This document shows, in pieces, positions 42,950-53,136 of a DNA stretch of 64,000 nucleotides. The notes beneath the pieces are model-generated. The model had not been told where the DNA came from, made no database searches, and saw only the letters and a program-made list of their open reading frames with translations. The DNA is taken from contig CAXXYH010000003.1 in assembly GCA_963677925.2 (NCBI GenBank), positions 1,952,001 through 2,016,000 on the forward strand, in the 5' to 3' direction. The translations under genes were made by a program, and so were the position numbers. This stretch comes from Spirochaetia bacterium. Its GTDB lineage: Bacteria > Spirochaetota > Spirochaetia > UBA9216. Within the stretch, counting starts at the first letter, position 1. Each line of letters begins with the position of its first letter.

Positions 42950-43388
42950 ACCGGGAAGGAAGCTGATCATCGGCGGCGTGGACATACCCTTTGATAAGGG
43001 CTGTGTTGCGCATTCGGACGGAGATGTTCTGGTTCACGCAGTAATCGATGCCATACTCGGAGCCGCAGCGCTGGGAGACATTGGAAGCCATTTCCCCGAT
43101 ACTTCAGGCGAATGGAAGGACGCCGACAGCATGTACCTTCTAAAACATACTGTAGAGCTTGTTTACCAAAAGGGCTATCGGATTATTAATCTTGATACGA
43201 CAGTAATCCTAGAACAACCGAAACTCAGACCGCATATACCCGTAATTATCAGCAATATTGCCGATACCGCCGGAATTCCGGCTGGCTATGTTTCAGTCAA
43301 GGCTAAAACTAGTGAAAAAGTCAATGCGGCTGGTGAAGGCAGAGCAGTTGAAGCCTACGCTGTGGTGCTTCTGGGAGATGCAAATTGA
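42912..43388 (+). CDS. ispF: 2-C-methyl-D-erythritol 2,4-cyclodiphosphate synthase
   Basis: RIGQGWDLH, HSDGDVL.HA..DA.LGA, GDIG.HFP. Confidence 0.96.
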   Translation: MRIGQGWDLHRLEPGRKLIIGGVDIPFDKGCVAHSDGDVLVHAVIDAILGAAALGDIGSHFPDTSGEWKDADSMYLLKHTVELVYQKGYRIINLDTTVILEQPKLRPHIPVIISNIADTAGIPAGYVSVKAKTSEKVNAAGEGRAVEAYAVVLLGDAN

Positions 43389-44041
43389 ACGCTGCAGACT
43401 GGGATTCTATTTTCAGGCTGCTGCGAAAGCATATACAAAACGATATTCTGCCTTCAATTTCTACAATTGCAGAAGCCGACTCAGATCCCTACCGGGTTCT
43501 TTTTTCAACTATCTTGTCTTTGAGAACCCGTGATGAAGTTACACTTGCAGCCTCAGAGAGGCTTTTCGCTGAAGCACCTGATGTATATACACTCAGCAGT
43601 CTTGACGAAGAAAGGATCGCAGAACTGATTTATCCTGCGGCTTTCTACCGTAACAAGGCGGCGAGTATTAAAAAATGCTGTTCGATAATAATCAATGAAT
43701 ACGGCGGAAAGATATCATCAGACAGGGATGAACTTCTTAAACTGCCGGGAGTCGGACGCAAAACAGCGAATCTGACGCTAAACCTCGGCTTCGGCATCAA
43801 TGCAATATGTGTTGATACCCATGTACACAGGATATCCAACAGAGCAGGATGGGTAAGTACTAAAACTCCCGATGATACCGAAATTGCACTTGAAAAGGTT
43901 CTGCCCGAAAAATACTGGATACCGCTGAATGAAATGCTTGTCAGCTACGGACAGCGGACCTGCACCCCCATATCGCCAAAATGCTCGGAATGTGTAATTA
44001 CGGATTACTGTAAAAGAATAGACGTTAATAAAAGCCGGTAA
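43385..44041 (+). CDS. nth: Endonuclease III
   Basis: HhH LPGVGRKTA, VDTHVHR, Fe-S motif C-x6-C-x2-C-x5-C. Confidence 0.93.
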   Translation: MNAADWDSIFRLLRKHIQNDILPSISTIAEADSDPYRVLFSTILSLRTRDEVTLAASERLFAEAPDVYTLSSLDEERIAELIYPAAFYRNKAASIKKCCSIIINEYGGKISSDRDELLKLPGVGRKTANLTLNLGFGINAICVDTHVHRISNRAGWVSTKTPDDTEIALEKVLPEKYWIPLNEMLVSYGQRTCTPISPKCSECVITDYCKRIDVNKSR

Positions 44042-44044
44042 CCG

Positions 44045-44167
44045 GAGAAACAAATACAACCCCGGCTGGGTACATGTGTTTCTCTGAAAGATTTTGTAAC
44101 TTTAATTACAAAATCTTTCATTTACATATTAAAGAAGCAAAATCAAAAGTCACTTACTTTTGATTTT
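44045..44167. terminator. Three consecutive inverted repeats between convergent nth and MCP
   Basis: Imperfect hairpin 44045-44083; perfect 15-bp arms 44085-44120; perfect 12-bp arms 44139-44167. Confidence 0.6.
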
Positions 44168-44209
44168 ACAGTCAGTCAGTAATTATAACAAACAGGGTTC
44201 AAAGTTTTG

Positions 44210-46228
44210 TCACAACTCTTCGATACTGGAATCCTCCTGCTCATCGGCAAGAGTTACAGTCGTCGCATCAGACAGTTCCGGACCGGAGTTCTCTGTACTA
44301 CCAAGACTGCCTTCAAAAGACTCTGCATGGTTACCTGCAGCTTCGTTTCCGGCCTTTACATCAGAATCATCTACAGCAGGGTTTTCTGCCTCTGCATCAG
44401 TTTTATACTGGCTGGCCTCGGTTTCGAGGAGATCGGTAATTTCGCCGAGTTTTTCAGCAAGATCTGAGAGAAGCAGCATTGATGAACTGATTTCCTTGAT
44501 TCCGGCAGTTATCTCAGCGGCGCTGTTTGCTACTTCAGATGTAACCCTCGAAACTGTTGAAATTGCATCTGAAACCTTGCCTGAAGCCTGGTCCATTTCA
44601 GAATTACCGCCGGCGACCTTGAATGAAACTTCCTGTAGTCCGGTCATGGACTGAAGAATCTGCTTGCCGCCGATACTCAGCTCTTCCATGCTCATGGATA
44701 TCTCTTCGAGTGACTGGGAGACTCCCTTGACTTCAGTATCAATAGCATTGAAGGCAAGCTGTGTTTCTGAACCAGCAGAGGAAGCCATTTCAATTCTTTC
44801 AACCACCTCTTTCAGTACACCGCTTATCTGCTTCGAGTTCATCGAAGAAGCTTCCGCCAGCTTTCTGATTTCATCAGCTACAACAGCAAATCCGCGTCCG
44901 GCCTCACCGGCATGCGCGGCCTCAATCGCAGCGTTCATTGCCAGAAGATTCGTCTGACTTGCTATCTGCTGTATGATAGAGGCAGTACCCTTGATTTCAT
45001 CAAGATTTGATGTGATATCATTAATTATTGATGTAGTTGTATCGAGTTTTGCCCCGCCGGATTCAGCTGTCTTAACAAGAATATCTGTTGCGCTTTTCTT
45101 CTTCTGGGTTATATCGGTAACATTATTGATCGAGCTTATCATCTGGGTTACCGCGCTGGTAGATTCTTCTACCATCGATTTCTGTTCACTGATAAAATCA
45201 CTCAGCATACCAAGGGTTTTTTTCATTATTTCTGATGCTTCCTGAGCCCCTGATGCAAGTTCAGCAAGGCTGTTAAACTGCTTTCGGATTGACTCACTGT
45301 TTGAGGCAATCTCCTGGGCCGCAGCAGAGGTCTGATTGGTTGAAGTGATAAGCTCTTCCTGGAGTTCCACTCCGTCTTTTGCTCCCGACTTCATTGAAGA
45401 AAAAACATTTTTCAGTTTATCTGTAAGTGTATTGAGATTCTCTCCAAGCGACTGGATCTCATCTCTGCTCTTTATATCAAAATTGATGGAGAGATCCCCC
45501 GAGCTCATAAGTTCAATCCCTTTATGAGCAGCGCTGATGGATCTTACTATCAACCCTGTTATAAAGAAAACTGCAATAAAAGCAGCGATCCCGATAACTG
45601 CAATGATCCCCACACCTATTATGTATGCGTTCAATTCCTTTTTATTTATCAAATCATCCATAAGCTCAAACTGTTCGGCTACTACCATGTGCGTCGAAGT
45701 CAGATTAGAATCAAGTATAGTTATAACAGAAAGAAGGGATTTAATTTTTGAATTTATGACATTCTCTTTTCCTGATTTTTTAACCAGTGAAGATTCCCTG
45801 AACGTATCAATTTTAACATTATCTGTAAAAAATATTTCCTCAGCCTCCTGGCCGAGGTTGGTAATGTTGCTGATTAAATCAAAATAATTACCGGAATACA
45901 GGGTATACAGCCTTTTCATAATCTGGATTGATTCGGCAATATCTTCATCCTTGCTGAGCGCTTCTACATGATCCAGCAGTTCAAAATTCTTGGTCAGCAG
46001 TTCGTGATCGGCTACAATAACATCCCTTTGAGTAGCAAGCTGGGCGTTGGCCAGTTTGTTAACTTCAGCTCTCAATTCCGAAATGGAAGTATCAAGCACC
46101 ATAAGGTTATCTTTTTCAGTTCTCATCAGAATTGTCGGAGCGAGTGTTAATCCGAAAGCAATAACTCCTATAAAAAGAGCGCCTATAACACCTAGAGCAA
46201 GTAAATTTAACTTCTTCCTAATTCGCAC
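44210..46228 (-). CDS. Methyl-accepting chemotaxis protein
   Basis: Two TMs, HAMP (GDL...DEI), [38 protein letters not shown]; GTG start after GGAGG. Confidence 0.95.
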   Translation of the reverse strand: MRIRKKLNLLALGVIGALFIGVIAFGLTLAPTILMRTEKDNLMVLDTSISELRAEVNKLANAQLATQRDVIVADHELLTKNFELLDHVEALSKDEDIAESIQIMKRLYTLYSGNYFDLISNITNLGQEAEEIFFTDNVKIDTFRESSLVKKSGKENVINSKIKSLLSVITILDSNLTSTHMVVAEQFELMDDLINKKELNAYIIGVGIIAVIGIAAFIAVFFITGLIVRSISAAHKGIELMSSGDLSINFDIKSRDEIQSLGENLNTLTDKLKNVFSSMKSGAKDGVELQEELITSTNQTSAAAQEIASNSESIRKQFNSLAELASGAQEASEIMKKTLGMLSDFISEQKSMVEESTSAVTQMISSINNVTDITQKKKSATDILVKTAESGGAKLDTTTSIINDITSNLDEIKGTASIIQQIASQTNLLAMNAAIEAAHAGEAGRGFAVVADEIRKLAEASSMNSKQISGVLKEVVERIEMASSAGSETQLAFNAIDTEVKGVSQSLEEISMSMEELSIGGKQILQSMTGLQEVSFKVAGGNSEMDQASGKVSDAISTVSRVTSEVANSAAEITAGIKEISSSMLLLSDLAEKLGEITDLLETEASQYKTDAEAENPAVDDSDVKAGNEAAGNHAESFEGSLGSTENSGPELSDATTVTLADEQEDSSIEEL

Positions 46229-46355
46229 AATTACCCTCCGAAGGTACAAAAGATGTAACTAAATATTATTCTGGATATAAATACAAGTATTGAGTGTAGA
46301 TTATAAGACAGTTATGGTACTAATTCAAGCAATGTTTTTATTGAAAAGAAGGGAT

Positions 46356-46384
46356 AAAAAGGGCTGACCTTGAAGAGTCAGCCC
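46356..46384 (-). terminator. Intrinsic terminator of the fusA-ATPase unit
   Basis: gggctgac-8nt-gtcagccc followed by T5 on the minus strand. Confidence 0.8.
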
Positions 46385-46396
46385 GTAATAAGATAA

Positions 46397-47104
46397 TTAA
46401 TCCTGCATTTCTGCAATCAGAAGTGTTTTAGGATCCAGTTTGATAGACATCTCCTTGGGAGAAATCTCGTCGTGGTCCTTAACAACTTTTAGATGAACAT
46501 ATTCACCCTCATACTGCAGTGTAATAACAACTGCAATGTTTTCAAGGTAGTCATTCAGAACAACCGGAATTCCGTTGTCATCATAGGGAGCATCCTTCTG
46601 AAGGGATACACTTGTCCAGATTTCAAGGTTTGTATCTTTAGCAAACTTGTTAAGTGCTGCGATATCCTCATCTGAAGCCTTTGAGTAATCATAGCCGTCA
46701 ATCATTACAGCATCGGCAGCAAAGTGACCCTGCTCGATCATTGCAGTAACACTGGCCAGAATCTTGGCTGTTTCAAGGCCTTCCTGACTGAAGTTCATGA
46801 TAACACGGTTCTTGATGATCTCATTGTGAACCTCTGCAGCATCGTCAAGTTCTCTTTTTTTTGCTATTTCCTTAAAGATATCCTCATACCATTCTGCGAT
46901 ATGATCAACCTTTGAAGAAAAAGATACGTGTATCACATGTCTGCCTCTGAAAAGCTTGTCCATTGCTATATGCACAAGACATGCGGTTTTACCAACACCT
47001 TTCTTCGAAGCAAGAACTCCGATATTACCTTTTCCGAGTCCGCCCTTTATTGAGTTTTCAAAAATCCTAAGAGGGCTTCTTTTATTGAGCTCTGATTTAA
47101 TCAT
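46397..47104 (-). CDS. Single-domain RecA/KaiC-superfamily P-loop ATPase of unknown function
   Basis: GGLGKGNIGVLASKKGVGKT (Walker A), HVSF strand, VMIDG (Walker B). Confidence 0.75.
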   Translation of the reverse strand: MIKSELNKRSPLRIFENSIKGGLGKGNIGVLASKKGVGKTACLVHIAMDKLFRGRHVIHVSFSSKVDHIAEWYEDIFKEIAKKRELDDAAEVHNEIIKNRVIMNFSQEGLETAKILASVTAMIEQGHFAADAVMIDGYDYSKASDEDIAALNKFAKDTNLEIWTSVSLQKDAPYDDNGIPVVLNDYLENIAVVITLQYEGEYVHLKVVKDHDEISPKEMSIKLDPKTLLIAEMQD

Positions 47105-47119
47105 TTATTCCCAATCTCC

Positions 47120-49204
47120 TTACTTGTTCTGTTCTCTCTTCTTCTGCTCATGTTCTTTTATGAGCTCGTCAGAAATGCTCTGGGGAACTTTTCCGTACTT
47201 TAGGAATTCCATTGAGTACTCTGCTTTTCCCTGTGTAAGAGAACGTAAAGTAGTAGAATATCCGAACATTTCACTCAACGGGACTTCAGCTTCAACTGAA
47301 CAGTTAACACCTTCCTCAGCAGAACTGCTGATAACACCTCGTCTCTGGTTGATTGAGCCGAAGATATTTCCCTGGAACTCGGTGGGTCCTTCAACCGTAA
47401 CCTTCATTATAGGTTCGAGAATCTGGGGACCTGCTTTTGTATATGCTTCCCTGAATGCACCGATTGCTGCAAGCTGGAATGCCATATCTGAAGAGTCGAC
47501 AGAGTGGGACTGACCGTCATTGATAGTAACCTTGACTCCTACAATCGGGAATCCGATAAGTGACCCCTTCTCAAGAGATGACTGAAAACCCTTGTCACAG
47601 GCCGGTATGTATTCAGTAGGAATAGAACCACCCTTGATCTGGTTTACAAACTCGTAGTGTCCTTCTTCAAGCGGCTCTATGAAACCGGCTACACGTCCGT
47701 ACTGACCGGAACCACCGGACTGCTTCTTGTGTGTATAGTTAAAGTCAGCCATTTTGCTGATTGCTTCACGGTAGGCAACCTGAGGCATACCGGTTGTAAC
47801 TTCAGCCTTGTATTCACGTTTCATTCTTTCTACGTAAACATCAAGATGAAGCTCACCCATTCCCTGGATGATTGTCTGGTTTGATTCAGGGTCAACGTAT
47901 GTTCTGAAAGTCGGGTCTTCCTTGGTAAACCTGTTAAGAGCTTTTGCCATATTGTCGGCAGCCTTTTTATCAACAGGTTCAATTGCAAGTGAAATAACCG
48001 GAGCCGGAACGTACATGGAAGTCATTGAATAGTTCAGGCTCGGATCACAGAAAGTATCACCTGATGCACATTCGATACCGAAAAGAGCTACGATATCTCC
48101 GCAGCCTCCCTCATTGATATCTTCCATATGGTCAGAGTGCATTCTGATAAGACGTCCGACCTTGAATTTCTTCCGGCTTCTTGTATTGTAAAGTTCCGAG
48201 CCCTTCTTGACAGCGCCCTGATAAACACGGATATATGTGAGCTGACCGTACTGACCGTCTTCAAGCTTGAATGCAAGAGCAACAGTGGGCTTGTTCTCAT
48301 CTGCTGTAAGCTTCACCTCTTCCTCGTTGTTGTCGAGGTCGAGTGCAATGTTCTGAACATCGCGCGGTTCAGGAAGGTACTTCAAGACTGCATCAAGCAG
48401 GGCCTGAACGCCCTTGTTTTTATACGCACTACCCAGAAAAACCGGACAGAGTTCGTTTGCAAGAGTAGCCTTTCTGACTGCAGTGTGGATCAGTTCTTCG
48501 GTAACAGCCTCTTCCATCATGGCTTCCATCAGTTCATCTGAGAACATTGAAACAGCATCAAGCATTGTTTCGCGGTACTCATTGGCCTGATCGACCATAT
48601 CAGCAGGGATATCGGCAATTCTTATTTCTGTTCCGGCATCACCTTCGAAGTAAACTGCCTTCATCGTAATCAGATCGACTACACCCTCATGCTTCTCTTC
48701 AAGACCGATGGGAAGCTGCATCATAACAGAATTAAGTCCGAGCTTGTCGCGAAGCTGGCCGCAGACTCTAAGCGGGTTTGCTCCGGTTCGGTCGCATTTA
48801 TTGACAAATGCAAGTCTCGGAACCTTGTATCTCTTAAGCTGTCTGTCAACTGTGATTGACTGAGACTGAACACCGCCTACTGAACATAGAACAAGGATAG
48901 CTCCGTCGAGAACCCTGAGGGCTCTTTCTACTTCAATTGTAAAGTCAACGTGACCCGGAGTGTCGATGATGTTAATAGGATGTCCCTTCCACTCAACATT
49001 GGTGGCGGCTGACGCGATGGTAATTCCTCTTTCTTTTTCCAGCTCCATCGAGTCCATTGTGGCGCCGACACCATCTTTACCACGCACTTCATGAATAGCA
49101 TGAATTTTATTACAGTAAAACAGAATACGTTCTGTCAGCGTGGTCTTACCAGAATCGATATGCGCACTGATACCGATATTCCTCATTTTTTCAAGTGTTG
49201 CCAT
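47120..49204 (-). CDS. fusA: Elongation factor G (spdEFG1/mtEF-G1-like)
   Basis: [49 protein letters not shown]; no rpsL/rpsG/tuf neighbours. Confidence 0.97.
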   Translation of the reverse strand: MATLEKMRNIGISAHIDSGKTTLTERILFYCNKIHAIHEVRGKDGVGATMDSMELEKERGITIASAATNVEWKGHPINIIDTPGHVDFTIEVERALRVLDGAILVLCSVGGVQSQSITVDRQLKRYKVPRLAFVNKCDRTGANPLRVCGQLRDKLGLNSVMMQLPIGLEEKHEGVVDLITMKAVYFEGDAGTEIRIADIPADMVDQANEYRETMLDAVSMFSDELMEAMMEEAVTEELIHTAVRKATLANELCPVFLGSAYKNKGVQALLDAVLKYLPEPRDVQNIALDLDNNEEEVKLTADENKPTVALAFKLEDGQYGQLTYIRVYQGAVKKGSELYNTRSRKKFKVGRLIRMHSDHMEDINEGGCGDIVALFGIECASGDTFCDPSLNYSMTSMYVPAPVISLAIEPVDKKAADNMAKALNRFTKEDPTFRTYVDPESNQTIIQGMGELHLDVYVERMKREYKAEVTTGMPQVAYREAISKMADFNYTHKKQSGGSGQYGRVAGFIEPLEEGHYEFVNQIKGGSIPTEYIPACDKGFQSSLEKGSLIGFPIVGVKVTINDGQSHSVDSSDMAFQLAAIGAFREAYTKAGPQILEPIMKVTVEGPTEFQGNIFGSINQRRGVISSSAEEGVNCSVEAEVPLSEMFGYSTTLRSLTQGKAEYSMEFLKYGKVPQSISDELIKEHEQKKREQNK

Positions 49205-49356
49205 TGTATATTATCCTCTCAAAGTAATTATACTCATCAGAAAACGCGAAAGCAAATGCGTGTTCCGGCTATTATCATTTATATTATGGATAGGCAGTGT
49301 AGTAAAAATACAATATAAATTCAATAGCCGGAAAAACTTGACAGATTAAAAGTTGA

Positions 49357-49818
49357 TTAGACTGCGGCAAGAACTGAAGTCATCTCTATTGCAGCAAGTG
49401 CCGCATCCCAGCCCTTATTACCAACTTTTCCTCCGCTGCGGTCAATCGCCTGATCCATATTATCAGTGGTTATTACTCCGAATATAACGGGAACACCGCT
49501 TGAAACCGAAACCCGGCCGATCCCCCTTGAGACTTCTGCACAGACCAGCTCAAAATGCGGAGTATCACCGCGAATTACAGCTCCAAGACAGATTACAGCA
49601 TCATACCTACCGGAAGATGCTGCTTTCTCCGAAGCAAGCGGAATCTCAAATGCTCCGGGCACCCTGATGAGATCAAGGTTCTGGTCATCCATTCCGTGCC
49701 TTAGAAGGCAGTCTCTTGCCCCTTCCAGCAGCCTGCTGCCTATCAGATCATTGAACCTCGACAGAACAATGCAGACCTTCTTTCCTTCGGCGTTTAAATT
49801 TCCGTTTATCTCTCTCAT
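49357..49818 (-). CDS. ribH: 6,7-dimethyl-8-ribityllumazine synthase
   Basis: [30 protein letters not shown]. Confidence 0.96.
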   Translation of the reverse strand: MREINGNLNAEGKKVCIVLSRFNDLIGSRLLEGARDCLLRHGMDDQNLDLIRVPGAFEIPLASEKAASSGRYDAVICLGAVIRGDTPHFELVCAEVSRGIGRVSVSSGVPVIFGVITTDNMDQAIDRSGGKVGNKGWDAALAAIEMTSVLAAV

Positions 49819-49837
49819 AATATTATCTCCCTGATTT

Positions 49838-51028
49838 TTAGAGTAAATGACCCATAAGGGCTTTCTTTGTGTTCATATATACCGCGGCGGTATCCGGGTA
49901 CCCGACAATAAGCGGAAGCTGTTCCACGTCAATCCCGCCTCCGGCTATGGCAGAGATCTTGTCAGGATTGTTCGTAAGAAGCCGGACCCTGCTTATTCCA
50001 AGCTGTTTGAGTATCATCACAGCGGCGGAGTAATCACGCATATCGGCTGGAAATCCGAGAGCGGTATTCGCCTCCACCGTGTCGCAGCCTTTATCCTGCA
50101 GGGCGTAGGCACGAAGCTTGTTTTCCAGGCCTATACCCCGCCCCTCCTGCCGCAGGTAGATCAGCAATCCGCCTTCTTCTAGTATTCGGCGCTTTGCCGC
50201 CTTCAGCTGGGCACCGCAGTCGCATCGCCCGCTGCCCAGGACGTCACCGGTGAGACACTCCGAATGTATCCTGACAATCGGACTGTCAGCCCATCCGTCT
50301 TTGATCAGAACAACAGCCTCGCAGCCTGCAGCTTCCGACGGATAATACAGGGTGCGTACAGCCTCTCCCGACTGCGGAAGTACTGTTTCAACCGGCTTTT
50401 TTTTATTCAGAATATATTCTTTGAGTCGCTGGATGGTGAGAATCGGGATGTCCCAGGCCCGGGCCATATCTTCCAGAATGCTGCCCCTGGCCATAGAACC
50501 GTCATTGACAAGAATTTCACAGATAACTCCGGCTTCAGGTTCTCCGGCAAGTCTGCAAAGCTCAACTGCAGCCTCGGTATGCCCGTCACGGCCGGCAAGC
50601 CCCTCAGGATTGGCGAGAATCGGAAAGATATGTCCCGGCCTGGCCAGCTCTCCAGGGCTTGTACTGCTGTCGGCAAGCATCTGAAGCGTCACCGCCCGGT
50701 CAGCTGCCGATATCCCGCTTGCACAGCCGGGAATGGCATCAACAGACTGGGTAAAGGCAGTACCGTGCAGGGCGTTTGCACCCTCTGGTACCATCAGACT
50801 CAGCTTAAGCCTCTCTGCTACATCCCCGCTGATCGGTGCACAGATAAGCCCCCTGCCCCAGGTTGCCATCAGATTGATATGCCGGGCGGTACAGCGTGCG
50901 GCGGGGATAAAGAAATCACCCTCATTCTCACGGTCCTCATCATCGGTAACAATTATCATACGGCCGGCTGCCAGCTCTTTAAGTGCGTCTTCAACCGAGC
51001 AGTAAACTGAATCTTCTTTTGTTTTCAT
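49838..51028 (-). CDS. ribBA: Bifunctional DHBP synthase / GTP cyclohydrolase II (start approximate)
   Basis: [22 protein letters not shown]; [10 protein letters not shown]...[19 protein letters not shown]. Confidence 0.94.
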   Translation of the reverse strand: MKTKEDSVYCSVEDALKELAAGRMIIVTDDEDRENEGDFFIPAARCTARHINLMATWGRGLICAPISGDVAERLKLSLMVPEGANALHGTAFTQSVDAIPGCASGISAADRAVTLQMLADSSTSPGELARPGHIFPILANPEGLAGRDGHTEAAVELCRLAGEPEAGVICEILVNDGSMARGSILEDMARAWDIPILTIQRLKEYILNKKKPVETVLPQSGEAVRTLYYPSEAAGCEAVVLIKDGWADSPIVRIHSECLTGDVLGSGRCDCGAQLKAAKRRILEEGGLLIYLRQEGRGIGLENKLRAYALQDKGCDTVEANTALGFPADMRDYSAAVMILKQLGISRVRLLTNNPDKISAIAGGGIDVEQLPLIVGYPDTAAVYMNTKKALMGHLL

Positions 51029-51635
51029 ATATGTCATTTCTTTCTTCTCCAAAATTGTTATTAGAATTTCTGCCGGGTTTAAACCGGTCCGGCTCAATAT
51101 TCACTTGATCTCTGCTGCAAAGCCTTCCAAGACAGGTCCTGGCAAGAGTCTCGGGGATCAGGCAGACGGTGATTGAGTCACGGGAAACCGAGCTTACGGT
51201 GAGACTTACGCCGTCGACAGCAACAGAGTCTTCAAGGCTGATTTGTCTTCGTATATCTTCAGACAGCAGTATTGTCAGCCAGCGGCTGCCCTGACTGCTT
51301 ACTATACGGCCGACTGTTCCGGCTCCGGCCACATGTCCTGTTACGACATGACCGTGAAAGCGATCTCCTGCAGCAAGAGGAAGCTCAAGATTTATTTCAT
51401 CCCCGGGAGCAAGGCTGCCGGTAAGGGTTTTCCGCAGGGTTTCGGCAGAGACGTCAGCGGTAATGCTGCTGCTGTTTTTAGATGTGACAGTGAGGCATAC
51501 GCCGTTTACAGCGATCGAATCTCCGCAGCCAAGTTCATCAGCAAGTGCTCCGGCTGAAAAAACCAGAACTGCCGAACCGCTCCGCCTTTCAAGCCTGAAT
51601 ACCCTGCCACGCCCGCCAATCAGGCCGGTAAACAT
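50991..51635 (-). CDS. ribE: Riboflavin synthase alpha chain
   Basis: MFTGLI, GDSIAVNGVCLTV, VAVDGVSLTV; position in rib operon. Confidence 0.9.
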   Translation of the reverse strand: MFTGLIGGRGRVFRLERRSGSAVLVFSAGALADELGCGDSIAVNGVCLTVTSKNSSSITADVSAETLRKTLTGSLAPGDEINLELPLAAGDRFHGHVVTGHVAGAGTVGRIVSSQGSRWLTILLSEDIRRQISLEDSVAVDGVSLTVSSVSRDSITVCLIPETLARTCLGRLCSRDQVNIEPDRFKPGRNSNNNFGEERNDIYENKRRFSLLLG

Positions 51636-52753
51636 TCAGGACCTCCATTGAAAATTCCTCGGAAGCGGATATCAGCACCTAACCGGGTCCAGTCTGCCGA
51701 AAGGAAGCCCTTATATTCTTTCCCCCCGGCGCCGCGGAAACCTGAGACACCGGGCACTCCTGAACCGAATAAAACCGGAGCAATATAAAGAATCATCTCA
51801 TCTGCGAGTCCCTTTTCGATAAAACTGCTGAACACACTGTTTCCCCCCTCAACAAGGACAGAGTTTATTCCCATGGTTCTTATGGATCGCAGGAGTTCAT
51901 CCAGATCAGTAAACCCGAGTATTTTTATACCTCTTGATTCAAAGGCCCCTGCAGCATTTAGAGCGTCCTCTGGGCAGGCAATTATCATTCCGGAGGGAGG
52001 GTTGCGTAAAAGTCTGTTTTCAGCTTTCATTTTTGAGGGACTGCCCAGTATCACCGGGACAGGCTGGCGGGCACCGGAATCCTGCAATAACCCGACCCTG
52101 CTTGTAAGAAGGGGATCATCAGCATTAAAAGTTCCCCGGCCCACAATAACCGCATCCACCTCGGCCCGGAGACGGTGAACTTCCTCCCTCGACTCGGGAC
52201 AGGAAATCCATTTTGACTTCCCCCCCCTGTCCGCGATGAAACCGTCCAGACTCTGGGCGGCCTTGAGGATAACCCAGGGGCGGCCTGTACGCATTGCATG
52301 AAAATACCAGCGGTTAAGCTCTTCAGCTTCCTGCTCAAGAATTCCTGAAGCAACCTTCAGCCCCCGGGCCCTGAGCAGTTCAAAACCCCGACCCGCAACC
52401 TGCGGATTGGGATCCGGGCCGGCGGCGCAGACTGAAGCAATCCCCGAACGCAGAACAGCATCCGTGCAAGGCGGAGTCCTTTTCCCGGGGCCGCTGTGAC
52501 AGCAGGGTTCCAGGGTAACATAGAGGGCTGCTCCGGGCAGCTGCTGCGGAAAACGCGTCTGTGCGTCTGTGATGGCCGCGGCTTCCGCGTGCGGAGTCCC
52601 CGGCCCGTGATGATAGCCTTCTCCGATTATCCGGCCGTCTTTGACAATGACGGCACCGACCCGCGGATTCGGAGAAGTCTCCCTGATTCCGGCACGGCGT
52701 GCCAAATCCAGAGCCTTCCTCATGTGGAGGAAGTGTGTTGAGTTGTTGTACAT
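51620..52753 (-). CDS. ribD: Riboflavin biosynthesis deaminase/reductase
   Basis: PNP.VGAVIV, HAE, TLEPCCH...TPPC, SLDG.IA, VLVEGG. Confidence 0.95.
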   Translation of the reverse strand: MYNNSTHFLHMRKALDLARRAGIRETSPNPRVGAVIVKDGRIIGEGYHHGPGTPHAEAAAITDAQTRFPQQLPGAALYVTLEPCCHSGPGKRTPPCTDAVLRSGIASVCAAGPDPNPQVAGRGFELLRARGLKVASGILEQEAEELNRWYFHAMRTGRPWVILKAAQSLDGFIADRGGKSKWISCPESREEVHRLRAEVDAVIVGRGTFNADDPLLTSRVGLLQDSGARQPVPVILGSPSKMKAENRLLRNPPSGMIIACPEDALNAAGAFESRGIKILGFTDLDELLRSIRTMGINSVLVEGGNSVFSSFIEKGLADEMILYIAPVLFGSGVPGVSGFRGAGGKEYKGFLSADWTRLGADIRFRGIFNGGPECLPA

Positions 52754-52825
52754 GATTCTCTCCCCAGTATGCTGCCGGGGCGTTTGGATTGCGGTGAAAC
52801 CTTATGGGATTAACAGGTTCAAAGC

Positions 52826-52855
52826 AAAAAAAAGCCCCGGATCATTCTCCAGGGC
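52826..52855 (-). terminator. Riboswitch expression-platform terminator
   Basis: Minus strand gccctgga-gaatga-tccggggc-T8, between aptamer and ribD. Confidence 0.8.
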
Positions 52856-52903
52856 ATGAAGTTTCGATTGGTGTATTAATACAGCTTAAGCTGTACATCA
52901 ACG

Positions 52904-53077
52904 AATTTCTTCCATCCGGACTTTACCGTCGGCACCGGAATCTCACCGGTTCAGTCCCTTTCGGGAGTCGCGGGCTATAACCGCCGGTCAGGAATTGTCA
53001 TGCAAAAAATAATGTCTTTGACATTTTAAATGTCGTAGCCATTTACCCTGCTTCAGACTCACCTGGCCCTGAAAATC
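52904..53077 (-). ncRNA. FMN riboswitch (RFN element) with 62-nt insertion
   Basis: Minus strand TTCAGGGCCAGGTGA...AATTCCTGACCGGCGGTTATAGCCCGCGA...CCGGTGAGATTCCGGTGCCGACGGTAAAGTCCGGATGGAAGAA, upstream of ribD. Confidence 0.93.
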
Positions 53078-53086
53078 ATTGTGGAC

Positions 53087-53116
53087 ATAGTAACAGCAGC
53101 TGCTGTGATATGTCAA
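53087..53116 (-). promoter_or_regulatory. Sigma70-type promoter of the rib operon
   Basis: TTGACA-18-TACTAT just before the aptamer; spacer holds the palindrome acagcagctgctgt. Confidence 0.65.
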
Positions 53117-53136
53117 TGGAGCTTTTTGTAAAAAAG

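Noticed and set aside
46397-47104. Circadian clock KaiC
   Set aside because: Single domain, no kaiA/kaiB nearby; only superfamily-level similarity.
51029-51097. N-terminal extension of RibBA or a ribE-ribBA fusion
   Set aside because: An SD-like GGAG precedes the downstream ATGs (51037/51028); simple gene overlap explains it.
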